DNA of 64,000 nt from Psilocybe cubensis (lineage: Eukaryota). The notes below the pieces were generated by a model. The model was not told the origin of the DNA and ran no database searches. It saw only the letters and a list, made by a program, of their open reading frames with translations. Where the stretch lies: NCBI GenBank assembly GCA_017499595.2, contig CM039010.1, positions 1-64,000 on the forward strand, in the 5' to 3' direction. A program made the position numbers and the translations under genes. The number at the start of each line of letters is the position of its first letter. Positions within the stretch are counted from its first letter, which is position 1. Shown piece by piece: positions 54,401 through 64,000 of the stretch.

Positions 54401-57400
54401 GACCTCTTTCCATATCATCACTTTTCCACCCGTTTCCTTCGTGACGCAAAGTACCCGCATACTCCTCCCTTACTCGGCTGGCCAGTACCCTGGATGAGGT
54501 GTTGATATGGATTCCAAGAATTTTACGCGGGGCATTTGGATACCCGTTTTGATATTCAACTTCCTGCGGTCTTTGACACCCCCTCGATGGCTCTGGAAGC
54601 GGATGTTGACCTTGCGTGGGGCATGGGGAGTGTGCAGAGGGAGCCAAGCCCGCTCTGACACCGAGTAAATGGCTTTCCCCAACATTTCGTATGGCGGGGG
54701 GTTACAACACGATGCGTCTGCCTCTACCCTACTTCTTCCACCACCACATTTATGTCCAACTCCCCCTCTTCTGCTGGTACCGTTATTTCCATCAGGTATT
54801 GACCACTTGAGATGCAACAAAAGCAACCGACGACGGAGGAGTATGAGAGGTATTGCGACAAGGGTAATGTTCTGTGGTCCGAAGGGAAGGATATGAATTG
54901 GTTAGAGTCGTACAAGATCCTGATTGACAGCTCGAGGAGGAAGAGTGCAAGCATAGCGGCACCTCCCTTTTGGTGAGAGCTATCACCACCGTTCGCCATC
55001 TGTCGTGCACACGAACAAGCGGCAGCTACCGCTTTTACGATTCCTAAATCTTCGAATTGGACTCTTGAGGCTCCCAGCCTTTGCGACGCTCCCCACCTCA
55101 TTTTACCTGTTCGCTGGATCGTGCGGTACAAGACTCAGTTCTGTGCTAGTGAGTTCGAGTTCCTGCCCTTCTCAGAGCTCACACCGGTACTAACTATTCT
55201 TGTGATGTTCACCGTACATTATGATCTGCCTCCCCCATTCGCACTTGGCCTCGATGTCAGGATACAGACAGAGCACACGCACACAGACACACACACTTGT
55301 CAATTCTCACGCTCGAGCTGTCCACCACCACCACCACCATCACTCCTTCCACATTCCCATTTCCATCCCCATTTTCGTCTGTTTCATTCTCTACAGCCTC
55401 TACAAGCATCGCACTATTGACGCGTGGTTTTAAATGAGGAAAAGAGAAATATTATGATTGCAAAATCGAAACATGGTACGCAGTGGGTAGACCACTAGGA
55501 TGTGCACAATCGGGAAGAGGAGGGTCCTGTGCGAGAGAATCCTTGGGCTCAATTTCAGCGCATATATGCGCATCTACGTTCAAATTCAGTACTCAAATGT
55601 TGATGCGCATGGGTTTTAGTGGCGGTCTGGTGTGTAGGTAGAGATCTGGTTGATCCCGTCGTGAAGGCTGGGTTGTGTGGGTGCAGGGGGTTTGAACGAT
55701 GGTTTTTCAATTGAGTGGTTCGACTCGCTTGCCGCTGTATAATGCAACTTTCTTCATGGATGCCATCGCCTACAGTGCAGTGAACTGTTTAACCGAGTTG
55801 GACGGGCGAGGGTTGCGGGAGGGAGAAGAAATGAACTTACGTCTTTCAATTTTCCGATTTTCTGTTCCATTCTATTCTAGTGCGTGCTCTACCATTCATT
55901 GTTCGCTTCTCGAACCACTAAACGTTCAGTGCACAACGCCGGACTACCTGCCACGCCTATCCAAGACGAGGAACACACTGGGTACGTTCACTATGTGGTT
56001 CCCACTTTTGAAGTAATCTTGGACTTGGACCTGGGTACAGTCGCTGCATTAATCGTCGGCGAATCCTTTACTGGGTGACCTGCTTGCTAGTTTCTTGTGA
56101 TCTATGCGTCTGTCAGGTCATCTATGAACAGGATGCGAACCCCGACGCATCTTTGAGACCAAGAATGTAGCAGGTTCATGCTAGCCCTACTGTGTTGTTT
56201 CTGCTTGAAGCTTCCACTCGGATTTGGAAATGGGCGCAGATCTTGTATTGCCATCGTTGTCGTTGTCTCTATGGCTGGCTTCGATTCTCTGTGTATCTGG
56301 CTAGCTGAAATAGTTTCCCCTCGTGCAACCGAGCATCTGGATGGGCAGCTATACACCGGCCGCTGGACGTAAATTGCCTGATGCCTGCTCCCCCACTCTA
56401 GTTCTGTAACACACCTGGGTCTTTTTACCACAATACGTAGTGTGGCAGGGTATTGTATGTGTTCGCCTTTTGGTAATTTGAACTTGTTCTGGGTTGGTGA
56501 CGTGTGTCTGTGTGTCTAGTGGTGTGCCTGCTCGCCTGCTCGTCTGCGTGATGGATGATGGGTGAAGTTATAGGTTTCGATTGTCTTGCAATGGTTCATG
56601 GCTCATCTCATCTCATCTCATGACTCGGCTGGTTCAGCTTGCTCTACATGCGGCATATATTCTTAGGCTAATAAATAGCATTTATTCAACAAACTAGCCA
56701 GCCCAAGCATCGTACATTGCTCCGAGTATGGGCCCATAATCGCGCGCTTCAAGAGTTAAAGCGGAGTTTGAATGTCCTTGACAACGGCCAAACAACACGC
56801 CATTTGTTTTCGACCACCACCACCCCTCCCCCAGCCACTCGAACAACAATGGACTCCGGATGTACGCAAACTAGGGAGAGGGGAGGGAGGAACAAAGGAG
56901 GAGGAGCATCTATGTGAGTGATTCGCATTCCCTGTCTTTTTTTTTTCGCTTTGGTGCATGCACCCGGCTTTCGACTCTCCAATGCTATCACCCTCGATTT
57001 TCCATTGCACTGGCACATACTTGACATCTACGCCGTGCAAGATACACCGGGTCCATATGGCTGTCGGTGTACTGCCTGCGTTCTATGCCATTCTACATTC
57101 AAGTAGGCGCTGTGCAGTGGAAATAGTGGGTAACACAGTCTTGTACTCTGTATGACATTCCCAGCATTTGTTTATACGCACTTTGTCTGTCTAATTGCCT
57201 AAACCCTCTCTACAGTCACGCCTCTCCTCTACAAACCCTCTCCCTCGACCACGTACTTAATTTCACCCCCCTAAACAAACAAATAGACACGTCAGACCCT
57301 CCCTATCTTTAACCCCGGATATTGCACGTACATACACCATCGCAACTCACCACTGTCCCGCTCGCTTGCTTCGTGACTAAAGGCACCCAACTCCGTCTAT

Positions 57401-58847
57401 TTGTTGATCGGTCAGCTATTCCGATGCATGGGATGTGCTGATGCGCTCGTGAACTATGCCCTCGATGAGTTGCATGGATTTTTCGCGGGAAAGTACAATA
57501 TCCGTACACGTTGATTAACGGATATTCAACTGAATATGGGCATGATGAGTGCAAAATATGCCCTCTTTCACGTCCAGTACAGGCCTTTTTCTACTTTTTA
57601 TTAGAGGGCAGGTTACAACAAGGGGTACGCTGACCTCCATGACCTCTGCAGTGTCTTCCACCCTGATTAATTAGATTCCAAGCCGACCCCCTCTTCTACG
57701 GATCTGGTTGTCTATGTGGATGATTTCGATCGCCATTGTAAGGGGAAAGTGTGTGAGCGCGAACGCGAGCTCAGGCGCGTAACATCCAGCTCACCATGGA
57801 CATCAAGCACACCAACGGCAACCCAACTCAACGAACGACTGCGCATGTCCGTCCTTCCCTCATCCAACTCTTTTCTTTGCATGCAAGTACACAGCTTGGT
57901 CACTCTCTCACCCGGTTTTGCCCGTATGCTAGATTCTGCGGTTATCTCAGTGCTGGTGAGTGCGTCCCTCTCTCCACTAACCCACCATTAACATCGACAC
58001 GAACGCACTGCGCTCCACGTGGGTGTCCATCAGTCCGCGTGTCCCCATCCTTGACACCCTCTATACGCATCCCGCATGCGTTTCGGGATGTCAAACAAGA
58101 ATAAAACCACAATGAACACTGCGAAACCAATGCACACGCAGTGCTACATTACCAGCACGAACACAAGCGTGATTCAAAAACGAGGGTTCTGTGTGAAGGA
58201 CTCTCCCGCCTCGAGATGAGCACTTCAACGTTCAAGGGCAGTATACATATGTTTATTCATATGTGTTTGAGGTTTGATTCCTCAACCACATCGTTATCCG
58301 TATCCGCTTCCCCTATCCGTTTCGGTGTTAATCCGCCCACCGTCAATTCGGAATGCAGAGTATCCACCGAAAGCACAAGAAAGGATTGGTTTGCGAGATG
58401 GAGGCAGGGTTGGTGTTATTTTGTTATCAGAACGCCGGGTGGCAGAACAGTTAGTCGTATTCCAGTGAGTTTACGCCCTTATTCATCCAACAACTGCCTC
58501 ACCCTCACACTTGATTTCACTCTCCCAATGTTTATGTGAGCTCGCGCATTTGTATACCTCTATGCAATGTACAAGGGTGTGGATACAGCTTGACGGTCAG
58601 TGGAGTGTCAATCCAGATGAAAATGGATACCATGGTTTGCGCCAAGTAGCGGTGCGTCATCGCACGTACGGGTCTGGTGCAGGGGGGAGTGTGCGTTTTA
58701 TGGTGCACGCTTCGATACCCACGAACATGCATCAGCCGCGCTAAATATTCCGCATGCAGATCATCAGAAATGCTATGCAATTCCTAACTAATCGTTATTG
58801 GTCCACTAAGTATAACTCGGCTTGCGATTGGCATCTGAGTTTGAAGA

Positions 58848-61800
58848 ATGACATGGGTCAGAGCGATTTCAAGATCGATAAGAGGGCGATCAGCTCTACC
58901 ATATCTCCTACTACAACTGCCAAGCAAAAATGTCAGTAAATCACCGTTTTGTTCATTGCGCTTTAGAAACAAAATCTTACTACATGTTATGCAGCTTTCA
59001 CCAATTCTTCGAGGATCTAACGTTATGAAGTCAAACGAAGAGCAACTGCCCAGCGTAGATAAGAAAACAACAGGAATTGATAACACTAGACGGCCTGCTA
59101 CATCTGATAGTGTCCCTTCGGGAGGCGACAGCAAAACAGGCCGTCGTGATAATTCCAAGATACATGAAATGCTCGATAGCTGTTCGCCCGAACACCCTGA
59201 TCGACAGGCTGCAGTCAAATACATCGTCGAATATATGCTTGATCACTATTCAGAAATTATAGGGAAGGCGATGGAGGAGGTACCGGTTTCCCAGGACGCA
59301 AACAAACTAAAAAACCCTATTCCGCCTGATCATATTGCCAACAAATTGTTAGATAAACTCACCAACGACGTTGAAGTAGCTATTGCGTATTACCGCGAGC
59401 TTCTCAATAGAGCTCCACCAGACCATTATTATCGCCCACAATGTCTGGAGGGACTTTGCAGTGCACTAGTATCCCGCTTTTCAGAGACTAGAGAAATTGA
59501 AGACCTCGACGAAGCAATTTTACGACAACGTGAAGAACTAGCAATCCATATTTCTCGCGGGTCAAATCGTTCAGTCAGTCTAAACAACCTCGCCAATATG
59601 TTTTCTATGCGATTTGAAGAAACAGACGAAATGACAGACCTTGATGATGCAATCAAATATCATCGCGAATCTCTTTCTCTGCGTTCTCCTGATCATCCTC
59701 ATCGTTACGTCGCTTTGCTAGGGCTGGGTGATGTACTCAAAGAACGCTTCGACCTAGGAGGAACTATTGACGATTTGGAAGAGGCAATACCGGCATACCG
59801 CGAGCTGTTAAGCATCTGGACCACTGGTCACCCCAACAACTCAATGGCTCTGAACCGCCTTGCTAGTTGTCTTATAGTTCGATATGAGCAACTTGGAGAT
59901 ACGGAAGATCTGAAGCAATCTATCGCCTACTTATGCGAATCGCTCAGAGTATGTCCCGGTTACCATCCAGAGCATTCAAGATGCTTTGACGCCCTTGCCA
60001 CTGTGATCTCGGTTCGGTATAATAGGTTTGGAGAAATAAAAGATTTGGAAGAAGCAATGGTGCTCCATAAAAATGCCCTTGATTTGTGCCCTCCAGGACA
60101 CCCTCAACGATCAATGACCTTGATCAATTTTGCTATTTCTCACAAAAAACGATATGAACGACTTGGAAATATGGAAGACTTGGAGCAGGCAATTTCTTAT
60201 AATCGTGAAGCGCTAACATTGGTCCCCTTTCCCACCAATGAACGTGGAAAGCTCTTGAACAATCTCGCAAATGCTCTCCAAGCTCGATATATTACCCTAG
60301 GATCCACCAAAGATCTGGAAGAGTCCATAATTTACTTTTATGATGCCCTCAATATCTATCCAGAAGGTGACCCAGAGCGTGCTTTGCCCCTGAATAACAT
60401 TGCCAATGCCATTCATATCCGATACGAGCTCTTTGGTGAACCACAGGACTTGGAAAAGTTAATCATGTACCGTCGCGAAGCTCTCTCGCTCTACCCTGAG
60501 CATCACATTGAGCGTGCAGGGGCTTTAAACCACCTTGCAAGTGCCATATTCCTTCGCTTTGCCTCCTTTGGCTCAATGGAAGACCTAGAAGAGTGCATTT
60601 CCATCAATCGAACATCAATGGAGCTATCTCCAGCCGACGATGATCGATGTGCCGCCTTGTGTAACATCGTAAATGCCCTTCAAACACGTTACGAGCATTT
60701 AGGTACCGCTGAAGACTTGGATGAAGCAATCAGCTACATTGAAGATGGCCTTCGCTTCGAGTCCCGAGGAAACCTCCATCTTTCAGTGTTATTGAACACG
60801 TTTGGAATGGTTCTTCAACACCGCTATCGTCTGGTCCATAACGTTGACGATTTGGAGTATGCAATCATCTTGTATCGCAAAGTTCTTGAGCTTCAACCGC
60901 CCGGTCATCCCTTGCGATTCACATCGTTGAACAATATTTCCATATCGCTTCAAGGCCGATATATACGTTTCGGTTCTCCCGAAGACCTCGAGGAAGCAAT
61001 CCAATTCCTGCGCGAATCCATGGCGTGTCTGACAAAAAGTCACACTCGATACCCGTTTATTATTAACAACCTTTCCGAAGCCCTTGCAAGGTCATCGGAG
61101 AAGGAGAATATGGACGAAGCGGTCGACCTTGGCCGTCAAGCTCTCCTCATGCTGTCGGGTGGTCATCCTGGTCGGTCGAGGGCTCTGTTAAACCTTGGGG
61201 ATACACTTTTATCACGCTTCAATCTATTGAACAATATGGAGGATCATGATGAGGCCTTCACATTGTATGAACAAGCTGCAGGTACTGTTACCTCCCCTTC
61301 GTTTCATTGTCTCTTCGCCGCCGTCCGCTGGATGTATCGGGGGAACAAGTATCAACACGAATCCGTAATTAGGGCATGCAAAGCGTCGTTGCAGCTGCTT
61401 CATCGCTCTTCCATGTTCCAAGGAAACGTTGAGTCGCAGCATAGGTTCATGATTGTAGCCAATACCAGACTTCCACTGTCAATGATATCCGACGCAGCGT
61501 CTTTTGCCATCAACACAGGAAATCTAGAGCTAGCGGTCGAGTTCCTTGAGCAAGGCAGAGCAATATTGTGGTCCAGGGTAAATAACTACAAGACCACACT
61601 CGAGGAGCTCCGGAACATTGCAGGCGGAATTGAACTGGCCGATCGTCTGGAGTCAATTAATTCACAGCTTAATGGGATTGTTTTCGAATCAAAAGGTGGA
61701 ATGATAGGAAAACAAGACATATCTTTCTGGAATATCTTTGACGCGCAGATGAAAAACCATCGCTTACTTTCAGAGCAAAGGGAAGAAATAATAGGAAAAA

Positions 61801-62858
61801 TTCGCAAGCTTCGCGGATTTGAAAACTTTCTACAGGCTCTGCCGTTTAAAACTCTTCAGCTAGCTGCTGCTGAAGGGCCTGTCATAGTCATCAATGTGGG
61901 CGCCTTTCGTTGTGACGCAATCATCGTGCTTAACGATGGCTCTCCTATTCTCATTCCCCTGCCGTTACTGGATGAAATTGAAGAACTTACTGAACAGCTT
62001 AATCGACACCGCTTTTCTCGCCAGATCGTTTCAGTCTTGCGTAATTTGTGGGACTTGATCGTATGCCCCGTAGTCGAACGGTTGACCAAGCTCGGAGTCC
62101 CACACAAGTCACGAATCTGGTGGTGTCCTACATCTGACCTGTGTACATTACCCATTCACGCGGCAGGTCCGTACAGGCCTGGGGAAAAGAATTTACCGGA
62201 CATTTACCTATCCTCCTACACCTCCACATTAACATCACTGATCCGAGCAAGGGAAAACATAGCAAAATCGTACGAGGCTCCAAAGTTGCTGGTCGTCGGT
62301 CAGCTTGGGCCAGACCTCCAAAGCGTCCAGGACGAGGTAGACGCGATAAAGGAGTACAAAAATGACACCAGCGTATTAATGGGCCCAGAGGCAACTCCCG
62401 ACACCGTTCTCGATGGTCTAAAAGCGCATTCATGGGCCCATCTTGCTTGCCACGGCCGTCTAGCCAAAGATAACCAACTATTCCGCACGCATTTCGAGCT
62501 TTCTGGAGGAGAACTGACACTCCTCGACTTGATCCGTGCCAAGATCCCCAATGCCGAGTTCGCATTTCTATCCGCATGCCACAGCGCATCAGGAGGTGTA
62601 CTCACTCCCGACGAGAGCATCCATTTATCGGCGGCAATGCAGTTCTGTGGATTCCGCAGTGTGGTTGGGACGCTGTGGGAGATGGCCGATGAGGATGGAC
62701 CGACCATTGCGAAGGAGTTTTACAACTATATGTTCCGCAATGAGACAGAGATCAACTTCAGAGACTCGGCAGCGGCGCTGTATTCTGCCATTAGGGTAAT
62801 GAGAAAGAACAAGGCGTCCCCGGAACGCTGGGTTATGTTTGTACATACCGGTGCTTGA
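58848..62858 (+). CDS. TPR-repeat protein with C-terminal CHAT (caspase-like) protease domain; true start probably in upstream exons
   Basis: More than 10 repeats of type 'LNNLA..L..RY...G..EDLEEAI...REAL.L.P.GHP'. CHAT motifs IWWCPT..L..LPIHAAG, HLACHG (His at 62451), FLSACHS (Cys at 62577), VVGTLW, W..FVHTGA. Confidence 0.9.
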   Translation: MTWVRAISRSIRGRSALPYLLLQLPSKNVSKSPFCSLRFRNKILLHVMQLSPILRGSNVMKSNEEQLPSVDKKTTGIDNTRRPATSDSVPSGGDSKTGRRDNSKIHEMLDSCSPEHPDRQAAVKYIVEYMLDHYSEIIGKAMEEVPVSQDANKLKNPIPPDHIANKLLDKLTNDVEVAIAYYRELLNRAPPDHYYRPQCLEGLCSALVSRFSETREIEDLDEAILRQREELAIHISRGSNRSVSLNNLANMFSMRFEETDEMTDLDDAIKYHRESLSLRSPDHPHRYVALLGLGDVLKERFDLGGTIDDLEEAIPAYRELLSIWTTGHPNNSMALNRLASCLIVRYEQLGDTEDLKQSIAYLCESLRVCPGYHPEHSRCFDALATVISVRYNRFGEIKDLEEAMVLHKNALDLCPPGHPQRSMTLINFAISHKKRYERLGNMEDLEQAISYNREALTLVPFPTNERGKLLNNLANALQARYITLGSTKDLEESIIYFYDALNIYPEGDPERALPLNNIANAIHIRYELFGEPQDLEKLIMYRREALSLYPEHHIERAGALNHLASAIFLRFASFGSMEDLEECISINRTSMELSPADDDRCAALCNIVNALQTRYEHLGTAEDLDEAISYIEDGLRFESRGNLHLSVLLNTFGMVLQHRYRLVHNVDDLEYAIILYRKVLELQPPGHPLRFTSLNNISISLQGRYIRFGSPEDLEEAIQFLRESMACLTKSHTRYPFIINNLSEALARSSEKENMDEAVDLGRQALLMLSGGHPGRSRALLNLGDTLLSRFNLLNNMEDHDEAFTLYEQAAGTVTSPSFHCLFAAVRWMYRGNKYQHESVIRACKASLQLLHRSSMFQGNVESQHRFMIVANTRLPLSMISDAASFAINTGNLELAVEFLEQGRAILWSRVNNYKTTLEELRNIAGGIELADRLESINSQLNGIVFESKGGMIGKQDISFWNIFDAQMKNHRLLSEQREEIIGKIRKLRGFENFLQALPFKTLQLAAAEGPVIVINVGAFRCDAIIVLNDGSPILIPLPLLDEIEELTEQLNRHRFSRQIVSVLRNLWDLIVCPVVERLTKLGVPHKSRIWWCPTSDLCTLPIHAAGPYRPGEKNLPDIYLSSYTSTLTSLIRARENIAKSYEAPKLLVVGQLGPDLQSVQDEVDAIKEYKNDTSVLMGPEATPDTVLDGLKAHSWAHLACHGRLAKDNQLFRTHFELSGGELTLLDLIRAKIPNAEFAFLSACHSASGGVLTPDESIHLSAAMQFCGFRSVVGTLWEMADEDGPTIAKEFYNYMFRNETEINFRDSAAALYSAIRVMRKNKASPERWVMFVHTGA

Positions 62859-64000
62859 TTACCGTATGTGTATGTTTATTATTGTAGATCATTTCGATGC
62901 TAATCGTGTTACACTTTCAGTGCATGATGAGAGCTAAATGAACTGTGCATTACACTTACCTCTGTAATGCACGTCGACTGTCCCTGTTTTAATTTTTCTC
63001 AAGAACTATGCCTCAACGACTTGTTTAAAGCCAGAATGATAAAAATTCAAGGACTCACATTGTTCTTTGTTGTTTTGTAATGTCCATATTTTTGTTAACA
63101 CTCGTATGATTGAACGATATGGTGAAGAATGAACGTTGTATAATCAGATCACGGATTAAAATCACAGGACACGCGTAGTTCTTGGATGGCTTGATCATAC
63201 AAGCATACGTTGTAGCATGCGACAACATTTTTTGCTGACCTGAGGTGTCCAATTAATAACAGTATGTGCATGCGCGTTAAGGCTAGGAAGGATAGAAATG
63301 CCAGTGAGAATGCAATTGATGTGAGGTAGACTGCAACACCTGCATGATGGCACAATCAGAATGTGTATGTGTCATATATTGAGCATATATGCGTGGATTC
63401 CGATAGTAGGAAGGTCAAGCAAAAAAAGACTGCACTGTGCGTATATGACGTCTTATACACACCGCAGGCGCAAATATATGCGTGACTGTCCTGCGAAGAT
63501 CTCGCCGAGTTCCGAGAGCCAGGGAGTGAATGACAGAAATCGAGCGAACCAAAGCAAATCAAGCCAGACAAGTCGGTCCGATTGAGCGTCCGCAAAAAGT
63601 CCGCGAGCTGAAAGACATCAGATGGGACAATGTATGATGTATATCTCCCCCGAGTGCGGGGAATGGACAGAACAATGGGGTATTTTTGGAAGGTGTACAT
63701 ATGCCTGGCATAGCAACGGTATGGGATTCAGACCGCGGGCGGGAAACTTGGCGTGGACGTTAAGAGAGAGGTTCAATTTCGTATTTGGGAATTCTGGAGA
63801 GATGAGTGGGTGTAGTGACGCACTGAGCGGCGGTTTCGGGGAAGGTGTGGGGGATCTGGTGCGCATATAGATGGTATTTTTTTGGATGACTGGGGAGACA
63901 AAAACGGCAATTTTACACCCATGACTGTTGGTTGAATAGGTCCGATCCGAGGCTAGTTACCGGGTTTGAGGAGCATAATGATGCTGGATGGAGATTAGAT

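Noticed and set aside
57198-57280. Isolated CCTAAACCCT and CCCCTAAAC motifs
   Set aside because: Single units in pyrimidine-rich intergenic DNA, compatible with chance.
51500-58500. Many short ORFs in the unique region
   Set aside because: No domain similarity or consistent exon chain that I can support by eye. Likely intergenic or decayed sequence.

Overview
This window is a left chromosome end of a eukaryote, probably an agaricomycete fungus (inferred from short GT-AG introns and the F-box-like and TPR-CHAT genes). A (CCCTAAA)n telomere (1-190) is followed by a ~46.5-kb head-to-tail array of an endonuclease-deficient Penelope-like retroelement (Coprina/Athena type). The array holds 7 intact ~1176-aa RT ORFs, 2 truncated ORFs and several 3' fragments, separated by short telomeric tracts. 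Every unit carries a type I hammerhead ribozyme ~80 nt from its 3' end. The main discovery is that in 4 copies a 929-nt IC1-like group I intron sits exactly between U16.1 and C17 of the hammerhead cleavage site. Its internal guide pairs with the hammerhead stem III strand, and it also carries a 12-nt antisense to the hammerhead core, so self-splicing would rebuild the self-cleaving ribozyme. The ORF also has a retained GC-AG intron whose removal gives a short basic ORF1-like protein instead of the RT fusion. Unique DNA (46.6-64 kb) carries an F-box-like gene, a poorly resolved minus-strand gene and a TPR-CHAT protease gene. All structures were read by eye; no folding or searches were run.
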